A DNA stretch of 64,000 nucleotides, from assembly GCA_050084515.1 (NCBI GenBank), contig CM114271.1, forward strand, positions 27,528,001 to 27,592,000, in the 5' to 3' direction. This document shows, in pieces, positions 50,075 to 63,927 of the stretch. The stretch comes from Blasia pusilla. Its lineage: Eukaryota. Position 1 is the stretch's first letter; each line of letters begins with the position of its first letter. The notes under the pieces were generated by a model, which was given only the letters and a program-made list of their open reading frames with translations, was not told where the DNA came from and made no database searches. The translations under genes and the position numbers were made by a program.

Positions 50075-51539
50075 TGCCAGACCAGTTGGATGGGGGCCAA
50101 TCACATGCTATATGCAAGATTTTTTGGAGAGGGCTAATAGCTCATACATGTCTTCAATCCTTGCTTGCACCTATTCTCACATTCCAAGCCCGCACGGGCG
50201 CCTGAGATACAAAAGAAACCCGGGAGGGGGACCCGTTGGGCATGTCGGTCCCATGGACAACAAGTTTGCTTCGTGCAACCTTGCACGTAGAATGAGGAAT
50301 AGGTTACCTAGATGGTTCTTATATGTTTCTAGCATAGGAGGAAAAATGTTTGATATGAGAGGATAGCCCAATATCCCTTTTGGAAGACATGATTGAGATG
50401 TGTGCTTCAAAAACTTGATACACTAGAGTGCTACGTAGTAAATCTTGAGATTGTCAACCCATGTTACTTTCAAATTACTTATTGACACTAACCATTCTCC
50501 CATTGTTCATCCTACCTACATCTCTCACAATGGATGGTAGAGAGTCACCCACAATTCCATTGGCATATCGCCAAAAAATTATGCTCCAAACTTAAGCAAA
50601 CACCATTTTCTTGTGGATGAGAAGGGAATATCTGATGGTGAACAAGACAAAGAGAAGAAGTGTGGTGCTTATGGATAACTACCATTAGCGTCATAGTCTT
50701 GAGATGCATTTCAGCATTTGACTTATAGAAAGCTTCCACATTCAAGCATTAGCCTAATCTTGAAGGATAAATGTTGGAAGACAATAATAACTCTTCAATT
50801 ACAAGTAACATTTTATGAAAGTTGTAATGGGATGAGGCATTGCTTAAGGCTGTTTTTAGCACTAGTTAAGAAGGATATCCTAGGAAAATACCCTCCATGG
50901 AAGATATATGGTATTGCAAATTTGCAATTGATGGAAACGAAACGTTAAGCATATATGAGGTATTCTTGTCTTATGACACGACTTATTTTCATAGCTAGAT
51001 GTATGTTTGCTCATTTTGACTCACTCTCTACCAGAATTTTGGATTTCTAAGTGACATCGTGAATGTACATTTGCACATTTTGAGAATTTTTTACTCACTC
51101 TCTAGATTTTGGTAGAGAGTGAGTCAAAATATGTCAAATGAGCATGTCTTGGGTCAAAATGCAAACCAACAAATATGGGGCTAAGATACAAGGGAAAGGT
51201 CTCCCTAAAAAACTTGAGGCTAAGTTGTGGAGTGGAAATGCGCCTCTAAAACATGATGGTAGGTTTTTCGAAGTAGAATGGAGACGACAACTACTTACAT
51301 AGTGCTTTAAAAACACCCTTATAAGGCATTACCGATAGTATACATGTATATTTGAATATGAAACACGAGGGTGTGGTAGTGGTAGGCAATCGCTGCTACA
51401 ATATTCCTACAACCTATCTTGTTGGAAAAAAACCCTTTGAAATAGAGCCACCATAGCTTCTGAGGCACTTACACATGTTTCTTTTACAGGCTATGAGTAT
51501 GTCTCTGTAGTGGCATCTAAACAGTGAAAATGACTATAT

Positions 51540-51920
51540 TCAACAGTGGGGCATGTCTTATGTAGGGGTGAAGCTTGAGCATTCATTGCATCTACACTAC
51601 TAGGAGGAGAAAATAGATTCAAGAGAGAAATCAGCTACTAGATTACACATAGACACACCATGCATATGTTGATATGTGAGGGGGAGGACCTCTTTTTGAA
51701 CTTAGGACTATGTGGGTATGATTTAAGAGCTTTATGGCTTGAATCATTGGAAAGAGTGTCTACCATGAAAGAGGCTATCACTAGGAGTTCTACATTCATG
51801 AGTGAACTCATGAGTAGGCTAGGTGTCTCAAAAGAAGAAGGAGATGAGAGGTCTATCCTAAGCAAGGCTCTAAAGGAAGTAGAGAGATTAAAGAGCATTC
51901 CTCATACTACTACAAAGGAG
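51540..51920 (+). pseudogene. Homolog of the MULE 1 accessory ORF
   Basis: HLHY*EEKIDSREKSATR vs HLECWEDKIHLTERTTAR, and WLESLERVSTMKEAITRSSTFMSELMSRLGVS vs WEEALRRVTTLQDSAARNSQFFCDLLSRLGVS. Confidence 0.75.
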
Positions 51921-52309
51921 ATGTCGTGGCCGTTGGATTTACCTTTTGTCTCATGTACTACCATATCAATCCCTTTCATGTAAACAATCTTCAAGTTTTT
52001 TCCATCTATGATATATCATTGATTACAAGAAAAAAAAGGAGTTTGAAAAGTTTGCATGGCCATCAAAGATTAGTCTCACATGTAAGTGCATGACAAATCA
52101 TAGCTACTCATGTGTAAATTTACTCACCAACGTTACCATGGCAGTGCCTATTTAGCTGTTGGTAGCATGGAAAACTAACATTGGTAGAATAGATGATAAT
52201 AATATGAAAACTAACATAGGTAGAATATACAATGCAAACTTTACAGCTTTATTTATGGATTCGAATGCAACGCTACAATCAAAATATATTCATCGGATCC
52301 TTCTTGCAT

Positions 52310-53150
52310 GATTAAATATCCTTTCCATCACGTAGTGTGCCCTTTAGCTAGATGACCAAAGTATTATTAATTGCATGGGAGGTACTAAGTTGACGACGAA
52401 GTTCTTCAAGTTGGGTATGAAGAACATCCATATTAGCTGCATTGTAATGTAGTTTCTTTTGCAAACCTTTAGCCTCTACTAGGACACTAGTGAGGGTAAC
52501 AACAAACCTCTATTGAATGCCATCGCTAAGACAATGTTCTCTAAGAGAGGTAGTCACATCTTCTATTGATACCACTGATATTTTATCTATTTCTTGAAGG
52601 TCTTGACAAACATATACTCCAAGTGGAAGGGACTTCATGGGCGGGATAGTGGGCGAGATAATGTTTCGAGTTCCGGTATGAATAATTTATTTATCATCTC
52701 ATGCACTATCCTCCACAAAAAAGTCCAAAAACCACTTGATTGTGCATGAGAAATCTATTTCTTCATACTCATCTTCTCAAATTAAAAATAGACATCCCTG
52801 TAAACTTGTGAAGATTATGTGGCATGTATTCAACCATTTCATGATCAATTAAGCCTAGAAAAAATATCCACTTAGTCAATGATCCATGCTCGCTACATAT
52901 ATGATCACTACATCCACGTATGCTACTTGAGGGTCGACCACCCTATTGGAATTTCCCTTTTGTCTACTTCATGTGAATGTGCAAGCACGGCATGTATAGC
53001 ATCTTGCCTTATTAGAAACAACTTGCACCATGTGGGAGGGAATGACATATTGGCTCGCCTTTCTTCGTCCAATATACTCAATTTTGACACGGTAATTCCT
53101 CGCCTTGGCAACATTGATGGAAATCTTAAAACATCCTTCCATTGCAACAT
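52310..53150 (-). pseudogene. Possible second MULE 2 accessory gene (decayed, coiled-coil-like C-terminal part)
   Basis: Long near-open frames 52923-53150 and about 52310-52625 (AKGLQKKLHYNAANMDVLHTQLEELRRQLS), starting near the right TIR. No family recognised. Confidence 0.35.
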
Positions 53151-54735
53151 GGTAGCATCAATATTTCCCTATATTTAGCCGTTGATACTCCCATGCCACC
53201 CTGATAATCTTTCCCCTGTAATTCTACTTTCACGCTTTCAACACCATATTATAACCACATACTTAGCTTTACACAAACTAAACTTCCTCGTCATATAGTA
53301 TGAGAACACTACCGCTCCATCCGATTGGAACTCCTTGCCAAAATCAACTAAGACGAAGTGAAGGGGCCAATTGAGCAACAAATGTTCCCAAGGGGCCGCT
53401 TTAGTGACAATGGTTCCCTAGGGGGGCCGCTTCAGCAACTACCTCTGCCTCACGGGATTCCAAATCTATGTAGCAAATTACAAATGAAAGAATTTAAAAT
53501 AAAAAAATGATGAATTAAAAAAAAAACTAATAATTTAAGATTTATATTATTATTGAAGAGTGCCTTCTTCAATTTACAAACACCTTTCTGTTGGACGCAT
53601 AGCATTTGGAAAAAAAAAATTCCAAAAAAAAATTTGCTTTTGAATTTTATGAAATATCATTATTTTTTTACACCTTACTAAAAAAACATAAATATATAAT
53701 GTCTCAGATCGTATGGCAAATATTGAAGACCGAGCAAGAATTAAAATGGAGGTTCTAGCTCTATCGTCCCATGTACTTGAGCATGTTTGTTGGGTCTCGA
53801 CCACCTACTCATGAGCATTGAGCACCGCGCTACTACTACCATTCACCACACTCCAAGATCTGCTCCACTCTTGGCCGCGCCGAGTGGATACATGCAGAGG
53901 CCACAAGTTCACCCCCCGGACAATATTCACTTGTATCTATCTACAAGTTCCTGTCCTGCCAATGTTGAGTGCAGATTTAGTCGCGAGCACGGTCCATGGG
54001 TGCCGGCCGTAAAAGCCTAGCTCGCGTGAAGTAGTGGACCGTCGTCACATCACATGCGGACACTTTCCCATGATTCGATGCTTTAAGCCTTTTCTTAATT
54101 TTGACAAGGTCCAACCGGTTGACCGATTCTGCTCACCGCCGACATCTACAGCTTTAATTTGCGCGCAGGTGCTATCTCTAATCGTGTTGCGGGAGCACAT
54201 GTGGAAGACTGGAAGTTCGGTCTCCGGTTCGTGTTCTCCCTCCCTTTGTTTGCCCTGTGTTCGAGCGAGCGAGCGAGCGAGCGAGTTAAAGTGGGGAGAT
54301 GCTGTGCCAGCTATGGTAGCACCCGATAGCGTACCCTGGGAATTCTGACATGTGCTTGACAGCTGAAGTCCTCGCAGTGCTAAAAAACAAGTCGCGCTGC
54401 AAATGTCGGATATGACAGCCCTGCTTTGTTTTGTTTTCGGGCCACAGTGCGGGAGGCGACGTCCGTGATGCTGTGGGCCTTTCTAGCATTGCAGCCCCAG
54501 AGGAATCCTTCAGGATGTCATAGCGGAGGTTGCTTAGACACGTTGGGGCCTTGGCGGAGTTCTCACATTGGATCCGATACTGAATTTCTGAGGTCGAAAG
54601 TTGTACCGGTGAACTCGTGCGCTGCCTGCTTCTTGCCGATCCTTACATTAGAGGGTCCACCATTGAACTCATTCGCTGCCAGCTTCTTACATTAGGAGAT
54701 CACTACTTCTAATGGAGGGGGGATCCGGGGTTACA

Positions 54736-54879
54736 TGTTGTAGCTGGAAGAATTTGAGAATTTCCGATTCAGTTTTCGAGTTAATTCTCTAGTGAATCGG
54801 AAACTCGTGTTGTAGTTGGAAGAATTTGAGAATTTCCGATTCAGTTTTCGAGTTAATTCTCTAGTGAATCGGAGACTCG
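54736..54879 (+). repeat. 72-bp direct tandem duplication
   Basis: Two near-identical copies starting at 54736 and 54808. Confidence 0.9.
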
Positions 54880-57800
54880 AGTTGGCACAGCATCTCCCCA
54901 TTTTTTCGTGACAACCGGTACATTTCTGGCCAATATACAATTTTCGAACCTTTTTTATATTCCGGCCGGCTAAAACAAAACAAAGCGCTATGAATTGTAT
55001 TTAATTCTCTAGTGTCAACATAGGAAAATAGGAAAACCCTGGGAGGATAGGAAAATCCATCTTTTGTTAATAGTATAGATGAGGGGATTATTATTTAAGT
55101 AGAAGGGTAAGAAAAAACTTCCATAATAAGAGAAGCATCTGAATTAATTTACACCTCAGTTTACATGCATGTGAGTTTCTTTTCATCCAACAAATTCTCA
55201 AAGAATCTTGTAAGGTGCCCACGGAGGGCCTAGGAAATTGACATAAAATATCTAGGTTAAGATCACAGTCACTCTATTCCCCGACATAGTATGGCAGTTC
55301 TTATCGGTAGAGTATGAATGGGAGGGTTTGCCTTTCAAGTTGGAGGGAAAGGGGCCTCTCTTTTCATCTTGCTTGGCTAGTATGCATCCAATGCTTCAAT
55401 TCGATGTGCTATCGTGTTGTTGATTTGATTAGAAGTTGCAGCAAATTGGAAATCGACGCTTAAGGTTGGGAGTGATCTTACCTCCATTAAAATTTCAGGG
55501 TATGTCGCCTTGCATTACTTTTGATTTCAGCGATTGTCCACTCCCATTCAAAAACATGATGTTGCTTTGAAGTTTTTGATTTCAAGAGACTAAGGACTAA
55601 GGACTTGTAAGGGATTGTGCCATGTACGGATCCCTATTTAATAATTCATGTTAATATATCATTCTTCTTACCTATATGACCCCAAAATTATTTTTGAGGG
55701 AGTAGTGACACTGTCAAATAGAGGAGTAGTAAAAAACTAAGACTATCCTCCAATTAGTATATAGATAGATGATTTCAATTTTGGCATTTCAATTGATGAT
55801 TAATTTCCAAGTGAGCAATTTGGAGACACATACTGTAATTTAGGGAGGGATTGAATTTTGCTTTCCCTCCACGTTTTCTTAAATTTAAGTCTGGTCAAAG
55901 CTTGCAAGAGGCTAGAGGTACCGTAAGTTCAAGTGACCATCAAGTCAAGAGATTTATATCTTTTTTTCCTCCCAAGATTGGAATTATATATTTAAGCCAC
56001 TTGTAATTTGAATGGTTGGAAACGAAGAATGATGATGAAAATGGGAAAAAAAGAAGTTGGTTGGATATTTTGAAAAAATATTTTGAAAAAGTGCCATAGG
56101 AAAATGCTTTGGTTGAAGATTTTTAGCCAAAATTTTTTTGGCACACCAAAAAGAAATTCAGGTTCGGGTGATGCAATTAAAATTATCCATCCCTATCATA
56201 AAAGTGTGTCTACTTACTGAACCAACCCCTACAAAAGTTAACCCACTTCTTAAATAACTTCAAGTGATCCTCTTGGTTGAGAGGAGGAGTACCAAAAGAA
56301 GTGGTTGAAAATCAAGAGGACACTATCCCATAATAATAATAATAATAATTTTATTATAGCATGCAAAAAATAAAAATAAAAATAATTTTCAATTTTGTTG
56401 CCTAATATGTCCAATGAAAAAATAATGTGAAATCATTTTATTTCAAATAAAATTTTTTTATTACCTCTTATCACTTAGAAAAAAAATTTCAAATATAAAT
56501 TTTTTGAAACTTCTCCCAACCAATTCCGAAAATACGTGATTAACCATTTAAAAATGAAAATTGGGAGAAATTGGTCAAATATTGAAAATGGGAGGGAAAT
56601 TTGGGGATCTAAAATATTTCCAAGATAAAAATAAACCCTATATAAAAGTCTTGAGAAATTTTTAGGGAAACTTGAAAAAACTAAAAATAAGTTTAAGATA
56701 AAAAATAAACTTAAAGATTAAATCTAAATCCTTTCTTTTTCCATTTTCCCCTTAGCTTAGTCTAGGGTAATATCAAAACAAATTCAAGTGTGAAAGGTTT
56801 CACACTTGCATGCAAAGAGAACTTTTCAAGAAAGAGGCCCATGCCGCCCATGCAAATTAATATGATAAGGATGCCATGGTTTTACCATACTAGCATGCAT
56901 GTTCAATTCTTAGCTCTTGTTGCATCCTAATTTCTAATGTATTTTTTAAAATTTAAAAAAATCCCATTTCCACCACTTCTTTAAAATATCTCTTTTCTAA
57001 ACTTTTCCTTTTGAAAAAAAATGTTTTTTTCTTTTAAATTTATTTTTCCATTTCTTTTAAGTATTCCTTTCCCCTTTTCATTTAAAAAAAACCCCCTATG
57101 ATATTTCACCTTAAATAATTCTTTGACATGTTAGAATTATGATAAACCTTGGATAAATCTTGATATCGCTTTCTCGTCATAATATAGGCTAGTTGGAATT
57201 TCCATGCTGGAGAAAAGGTTGAGATTTAAAAAATCCCAACCTTTTATTCCATCATTTGTAGTCCTCCTCTTGATTTTAAACTCAAGTCTAAATCTTCCTA
57301 CATCTCATTTTGAAATTTGAAAAAATCCCAAATGTCCACTCTTAGTTGAAATAAAGAAAGACACCCTTTTGTTAAAAAAATAGAAAAAAAAAACCCACCC
57401 CCTTCAACTTATCTATTTCAGAAAAAAAGAAAATTTCTGAATCCCTTGAAATCTTTTCTTAATTGAACTAAAAAAAACCTTTACCACCAAGACATCCCAT
57501 TTTCTTGTTTTCAAAAAAAAAATTTAAAATATCCCCACTTTCCACTATTCCAATACCCCATCTCTTTATATTCTCCTAGTTATATGCCCACTTATCCATA
57601 AAAATCTACATATGCTTTTACTTTACTTCCAGGAACTAGTGCCCAATTGTATGACATATTTCATATAATGAGCAATAATTTTAAACACAATTTTGTATTA
57701 GCCCATGCTTACCTACTCTTCTTGTCCATGTCACCAACAGCGAGTGGTCATCCCCCTTGCTCCCACACTTCTCTTGACTAGCCTTGGCCCTACAACTTAC

Positions 57801-58272
57801 TTTTCGCCCATGGATATCTTAAGAGAGTCCCAAAGTTCTCAACTTTCCCTAGTCTCTTTAGTTTAGTCTAGGTTTTATCTTATAGTAATCTCAAGATTCG
57901 TCCTCCATTTGATCCATCATCATGACTTGTTTCTTGAGTCTTTCCTATCTTAAGACAAAGCTATTCATAAAGAAGATCTGATGGCTATTATCATCAAAGA
58001 ATTCTTGTTGTGATTAAAAAGAAATAATTTTTTTCTTTAATAGGGAGTGTAAATTTGATCCTTCCTAATCCTTGCTATTAAGAAATCCAATGGCACATGA
58101 TCCAATCAAAGTGGAAGTCTTAAATCTTATGGATTTAACACTAAAGAATTTGATGTTGCTTAGTTGTAAATCAATGGTTAGAAACTTGGTGGCTATTAAT
58201 TACCAATCCCCTACCCTAATTACCTAGAGTCCTTTGGTAGTTCCAATCCAATGGCATAACCTTAGGTGTTGT

Positions 58273-61200
58273 TGTCACGTTGTGGTCCTTGGTTTTTCCA
58301 AACATAATAGCCCTTATTACTCCCGTTTCCATTGGCTATTTTTCTTTCCAAAAAATGTCTTAATTCATTTTTTAGTCTATTATAGTAAATTATAAAAGAA
58401 CTTGTGTGATGAAAAACATGGCCAAACTACCATTCTCTATCCCAATAACCATCTCTCAATTGCAAAAAGCTTTTTTTTTTGGAAATAAAATCCACCCAAA
58501 AATTATCAATATTCTATTGTTAGTTACATGGTTATTGTAAGATGGTCCATATGACACTCCCCTTTGGAAAGGTTTATATGAAACCTTGGGATGATGGAAT
58601 AGTCAATAAGGTAGGTAATTTTATGGTCTATTTGAGTGCATCACATAAGAATTCACACCCACTAGAAAAAGGTGTGAATTATCTTTTGCACCTACTATCT
58701 TGAACATCCGTCTTGTATGATGTGGAAGCATGCATTCAACTTGTCATGCTCTCGTTCCTCACTTGCACCCAAACACATTATCACGTCTTTTGGGATGGAT
58801 CAAGTCTAATCAATAAGTCTTTTGTAGAATACCTTCCGGGATATTGGAGTACAACCTCAAGAGATCGAGGATAATCTATTGGGGCCTCGGCTAATCCGAG
58901 AAAGCAGATTTCCCTTTCGTTTTAGCTCATTTGGAACTATATAGAGAAGCTTACTATTTTTAGTAAGTTACCGTTATGAGTATAGTTGACTTTCCATGTA
59001 AAGAAGTGGCCCTTGACCCCCTACAACAAGTCAAGAGCCAAGGAGGTGACCTATGAGCATAGGCCACCATGAAGAGTTTGGGAGAGGGAAGGGGATACAC
59101 TCAAGGAGACAAAGCCGTTGCCCATTTTTTTTTATTTAGTTTGAGTCTTGAGATGGAGTTATTCCTATTGGTGCTCCTAGTAGCATACTTTAGCTTTTTG
59201 GATTTCATTTGTACAGGTTTGCAATCTTTTGAGAATGAAATCACCTTGGAAGTGTTGCCGAATTTTTTGTATGAGCTTAGGTCGTGGGCTACAATATAAT
59301 TTCCGCTAGTTTCATATGGAAGGTTGGTAGAAGGAGCTCATTTGATGATATTTTTTATGAAGGAGTTATGCACCTTGTCGAAGAAATGGTGTGCAATTTC
59401 AACACTGGAGCTCAAAGTGTGGTCATACTAATGGGGTGCCATAGCCAACACGTGAAATCTTGTAACTTTGTTTGGTGGGTTAGGAAAAGTAAAAATCCTT
59501 TTATTTTAGTGCATAGCAAGACAAGGGAAAAAATAATTTGACGGTGAAGTAAAGTGAAAACTTTATTTAGTGGAGTATGAGCCAAATTTGAGATAATTTT
59601 GGTGAGTTGATCTTGTTTAAGGGGTTAGTGGAATGGAAAAAAAACATTGACTTTTGAATAAGGTTAAAATAGAGCCATGTTTACCTATGTGTGACATAAC
59701 ATAATTACCATTGACCTTCACCAACCATCTATTGTTCAACCACGGTCGTCTATTCGATGACTGTCAAGTACCGCTTGTCACTATTCGTGTGTCGTCGATG
59801 TATGGGGTCAAGTTTCGAGGTATGGTTAATCATGCATAGTGATTGGTAGCTGCTTGAAAATGATTGAGTATCATGCCATGATTCCCATACACGCAATGCG
59901 CCACCGATTGTTGCGCCGTGATACTTGTGGCCGCACCTTCTTGATCACAAAGACGCACGAGCACTAAGGAGTAGAGCGTGTATTGCTAATAGATGAGGGG
60001 ATGCCATTGTATGTCCCCTCCCATCACCTAATACAATGTTATTTTTATTTCTATTGTGCAGTATCGTACCGCAGTACCCTCCACTACACATCGAGGAGGT
60101 TTGAGCATCGTCAACATCGGGGGAGTAGGACTTGCTGACTAGAGGAGTTATCTTCACAATTGAGTTGGGATCTAGGTTTGCAATTTTTGGGGAGCAAAAA
60201 TGACATTGTTTCCACATTATCCATTCTAGTCTTTTGCCCTACTTGTGTGAGGGAATTCCGAGTATTGGGTAGTTTTTTTGGCATATAGGGTTTGTACGGA
60301 TGTTGAGAGCGTCATTGATGTATGAAATTAGGGGACATAGAGCTATGTGGGATTTCTAGAGTTCTGGGTATGCTATGTGGATGAGATGATAGACCAGTGA
60401 TTTGTCGCACGATGCCACTTGTTGCCACACTACGCACATCTCGATGGGAGGAAGTGGAGATTGAGTGCCGCACATGTTAGTTCTAAGTGATTGAGGGATT
60501 GCTCGTAGGATTGAGAGTGATCGTATGAGGGGGCACGAGGGTCATCATGGCATCTTTTCAGTACTTTGAGAGGGAAGGTGGTGTGTCTACGAGTAGCTCT
60601 AGAGGTCTTCCGTGGAGTGGCACGAGGTTTCATGGGTCTCTACATGAGGGATTACCTTGACCTCCTTCTGTATTGTCCTCAAATGAGGAAGAAGATATAG
60701 AGGGTGATTTTGTTAGTGTACTATCCTACGCAATGAGTGTTCCTATCGTTAAGGCGTACGAGATGGATGACCAAGGTAGAGGACCACATAGGTTTTTGGA
60801 TGTTGTGGATACCATAGAGTTACACAACTTCATTGCGGAGTTTAGAAGATGGTGTGACTCACACAAGGCCAAGAACTCCAGAGAGTTCAACTCTTTTAGA
60901 ACATGGAACGGGATGTTCTAGCAACTAGAGGTCCATGGATAATTATCATGAGTTTTCCTAGAGGTACTCACCGGAGATTGAGGCTTGGAGCCTATACTAT
61001 GATCCGCACTACGTGTCGTGTCATAGACTAAGCCATTTCTAGATGAGGAGGAGGAGCTAGGGGAGTCTACTTCCTCTGCCATAGGGATGAGTCAGACTAG
61101 GGCAATTGCATCGTCCAGTTGGCCGGGTTTGGCCTAGGTTCAACCCCGTGGTGGAGTTCTTTACGGAGTTATGGAGGAATTATTAGGGGAGACGGATTGA

Positions 61201-61680
61201 GAAGTTGTGGAGCATCCATGACTTCCATAGACACACGGGAGAGGGTTTTTGTGAGGCATTTACTATCTTGCTTTGTCTGATTAGTGTCACTTAGGGGTGA
61301 TAGAGGCACAAATTGTTCAAGCATGGTATGGGATGCTGGAATCAGACATGCGAAAATGGGTGAGGGATGCAATACTTATGATGCACACCTCACCTACATT
61401 TAGAGATTTGTTTAATATGGCGGAGTGCATTGAGTGCAACATGTCCAAGGAGAGTGTAGCAGCCATGAGTCATACGCAAGAGCAATCACGATTGCCTTCA
61501 CCACCAATGCAGCAACGTAGATTTTGAGAGAGTGTGGCACCACAAGATCAAGGAGGTTACCGTGATCATGTGCCATAGAGACCCATGCCAGCATATGCGG
61601 TTTAGTAGCAACCGCCAAGAGTTATTTGTTGGGCATGTAGTGGAACCCATCGCCAACAAGATTGCATCGTCAGGGAAGTG
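58273..61680 (+). mobile_element. Older relative of the DNMT/PHD Gypsy (LTR remnants plus gag)
   Basis: 58880-59110 resembles the family LTR (AAGTGGCCCTTGACC...TCAAGAGCCAAGGAGG). Gag MLESDMRKWVRDAILMMHTSPTFRDLFNMAECIECNM matches 45948-46295. Left boundary (TGTCACG at about 58273) is tentative. Confidence 0.65.
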
Positions 61681-61686
61681 GCGCAT

Positions 61687-62301
61687 CAAAGCTACATACA
61701 TACAAAGTCCATTTCCGTGCGCGCATGGGTACTTGCGGCGAGCACTAGAGCCGGCCTTGCACGCAACATACATCTGGGCTCAGCTAGCCTGCACCTAGTC
61801 TAAGAATATGTCATATGTTTGATTTGTAGCCCTCACCAACCCGCCCTAATCCCGCATTGGCCCACGGTGGGCCCAAGGAGTGCGGGTTCCGCTCACAGAA
61901 GGCGGGATCTATGAGGGAGGGGGCCTCTACGGGCCAAAGCCCTCACTATGCAGAACCTATGCGGGCCAATGAAAATGGCTTTGGCCCACACAGGCCAAAG
62001 GAGTGGAGGCTCTATGAAGACAAGGGCCTCTAAGGAGCAGAATGTCCTAGATAGGGCGGGCTTCGTCCCATAGAGGCCCCTCTCCTCATAGAGCAGGCCT
62101 TTCATGGGTCGAGCCCGCACTCCTTGGGCCTACCTTGGACTAATGCGCCCTTAGGGCGGGCCAATATAGGCAATTTCCAGCCCACCTCTCTTAATTTGAA
62201 CCCGCACCCATTCTTGTGTCTCAAGCCTGCGCAGGCCACTTGGGTACCAAAAACACCCGGATGGGGAAATTCTTGGGCATGTATGTTTTTGTGCAACCTT
62301 G
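61687..62301. mobile_element. Probable hAT MITE of the CAAGGTTGCA family
   Basis: Right end TGTGCAACCTTG, degenerate left end CAAAGCTACA, and a GC-rich GGGCCC-type interior like the other copies. No convincing TSD. Confidence 0.45.
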
Positions 62302-63927
62302 GGGCAAGTGCTCCATCTTGGAGGAGGTGATGAGCCCACACCAAGAGTATACGAGTGTGATCACGGGGGCTCGTGTTGTGGCAGGAGAGAGGAAGAGAGG
62401 AGAGGAAGAGAGGAGAGTCTCTCTTAAAAAAAAAGGGCCAAATCCGCCTCCTCTCTTCAAAAAATTTTGACATATTTGAAATTTTTGTTTGCTTTCAAAT
62501 TCATGAAATCTTTAGAAGAGAGTAGGTAGTGGTCCACATTCGGGCCTTAAGAAACCTCCTTTTTTCAGAGGGCGAAAAACAAGTAGACATCATAAGACCA
62601 CTACAAACATTTTTCCATCACTCTCCATGTGAGCCTAAGTTCCTTCACATTGCCTGTCTCGCCTGATAAGTTGTGCCTGTGGCTATTTTTTTGGAGGACC
62701 ATTGGCAAATAATGTGACCAGAAGTAGCAATCTCATCTCAATGAAAGGTTCAAATAAAGACCAACTTTGTGAAATGTGAACACAGGAGACAATAATTAAA
62801 CCAAAAGATTGTTAGCTGTCTGGAGTAAAGAGAAACTGATGTCCCTTCATTCAGATCCTAAATCTGATAAACCGAGAAGCTGCACTCCTCCCAACCCGTC
62901 GGAATTTTATAGGTTCCAACTCTTGCAACCCATCGGAATTAGATGGCTTGCACCCCTTGCAAGCAAGCTTACCATAACAAAGGAAAGATTTGAGAAGTGA
63001 TTCCATTCCACCCTGTACCCACGAAAATTTAACTGTTTGGGAATCCGAAATGGCAATCCGACAGGTTATAAGAATCCAGCACGTCTTAGAGAAGAAAAGA
63101 AGCCTAAGATTGGTTTGATGATACTAGGGGAACGAGCCAAAAGTGAAGAAGCCCGTCACAATGCCTCAAAATTTGGTCTCCCAGGGAAAAATTCGGATCA
63201 CTCAAGTAGCCAACCTGTCAAAATCCGACAGCTTGCCTAGAAATGGTTGAAAAGTTGCAGTGGTCAAAAAGTGAAAAGTTGCAACCCATCGGAATCCGAC
63301 GGGTTGCAAAATTGTAATTCTAAGTAGCTAGACGAACACAATCCACAAGTCCAAAAAAAATATTCAGCAAAATTTTACAAACACCATTATCGGTTGAAAA
63401 AATCTCGTCCTTTATTACATCCGAAGGAATCTCGGAAATGTACATGTGATCTAGTCTATGATTTCTTCAGCCTTCTCATCTACAAATTTGCTCATGACTC
63501 TCCTAGGTTCCTGTACAAAAGGAATGTCTTGGGATACAAGTGGCTCCTTTGGCCGATTGTAGACGGGGATCGAAAATGTTGGCGAATTCGAGAGCCTTGG
63601 CCCCCCCCTAGGTACACCATAACGGTCCCATGTAACCTGATTTGAGTCCCATCGCCTTCCTCGGCAGTATATCTTGTACGCTCTGCAATGTGACATCCAT
63701 CCAATATCAATACGTGCTCCGTCCTTGGAAATACCATGATGGCAATCCCACAGGTAGTAGGAATCCAACATGTCTTGGAGAAGAGAAGAAGCCTACGCCT
63801 TGTTTGATGATACTAGGGGAAGGTGCTAAAGTGAAGAAGCCCGCCAGAATGCCTCTAAAGAGTCCGAAAGAGTCCGATCACTCACGCAGCCAACCTGTAG
63901 GAATCCGACAGGTTTCCTGGAAGTGGT

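Larger units (their letters stand above)
38852..50283. mobile_element. hAT MITE split by the Gypsy cluster (arms about 38852-39190 and 50075-50283)
   Basis: CAATGTTGCA... and ...TGCAACCTTG termini of the same MITE family. Flanks CACCTAAT/CACGTAGA match only 5/8, so pairing of the arms is tentative. Confidence 0.5.
38758..53445. mobile_element. Older Mutator-like element (MULE 2) with nested insertions
   Basis: Ends GAGATAATTGCTTAAGAGGCCCCC-TTGGGAACCATT and (reverse complement) GAGGTAGTTGCTGAAGCGGCCCCCCTAGGGAACCATT resemble each other and the MULE 1 TIR. Flanks CACCTCATG/TGCCTCACG are both CpG-decay products of a 9-bp TSD CGCCTCACG. Carries a homolog of the MULE 1 accessory ORF. Confidence 0.75.

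Noticed and set aside
51014-51129. miR156-like hairpin (GAGAGTGAG core)
   Set aside because: The 23-bp inverted arms do not contain the miR156 mature sequence; more likely a tiny MITE or foldback inside MULE 2.
55000-57700. Additional Helitron(s) in the AT-rich tract
   Set aside because: Only scattered end-like motifs (e.g. CCCATAATAATA near 56330); no pair of termini could be defined.
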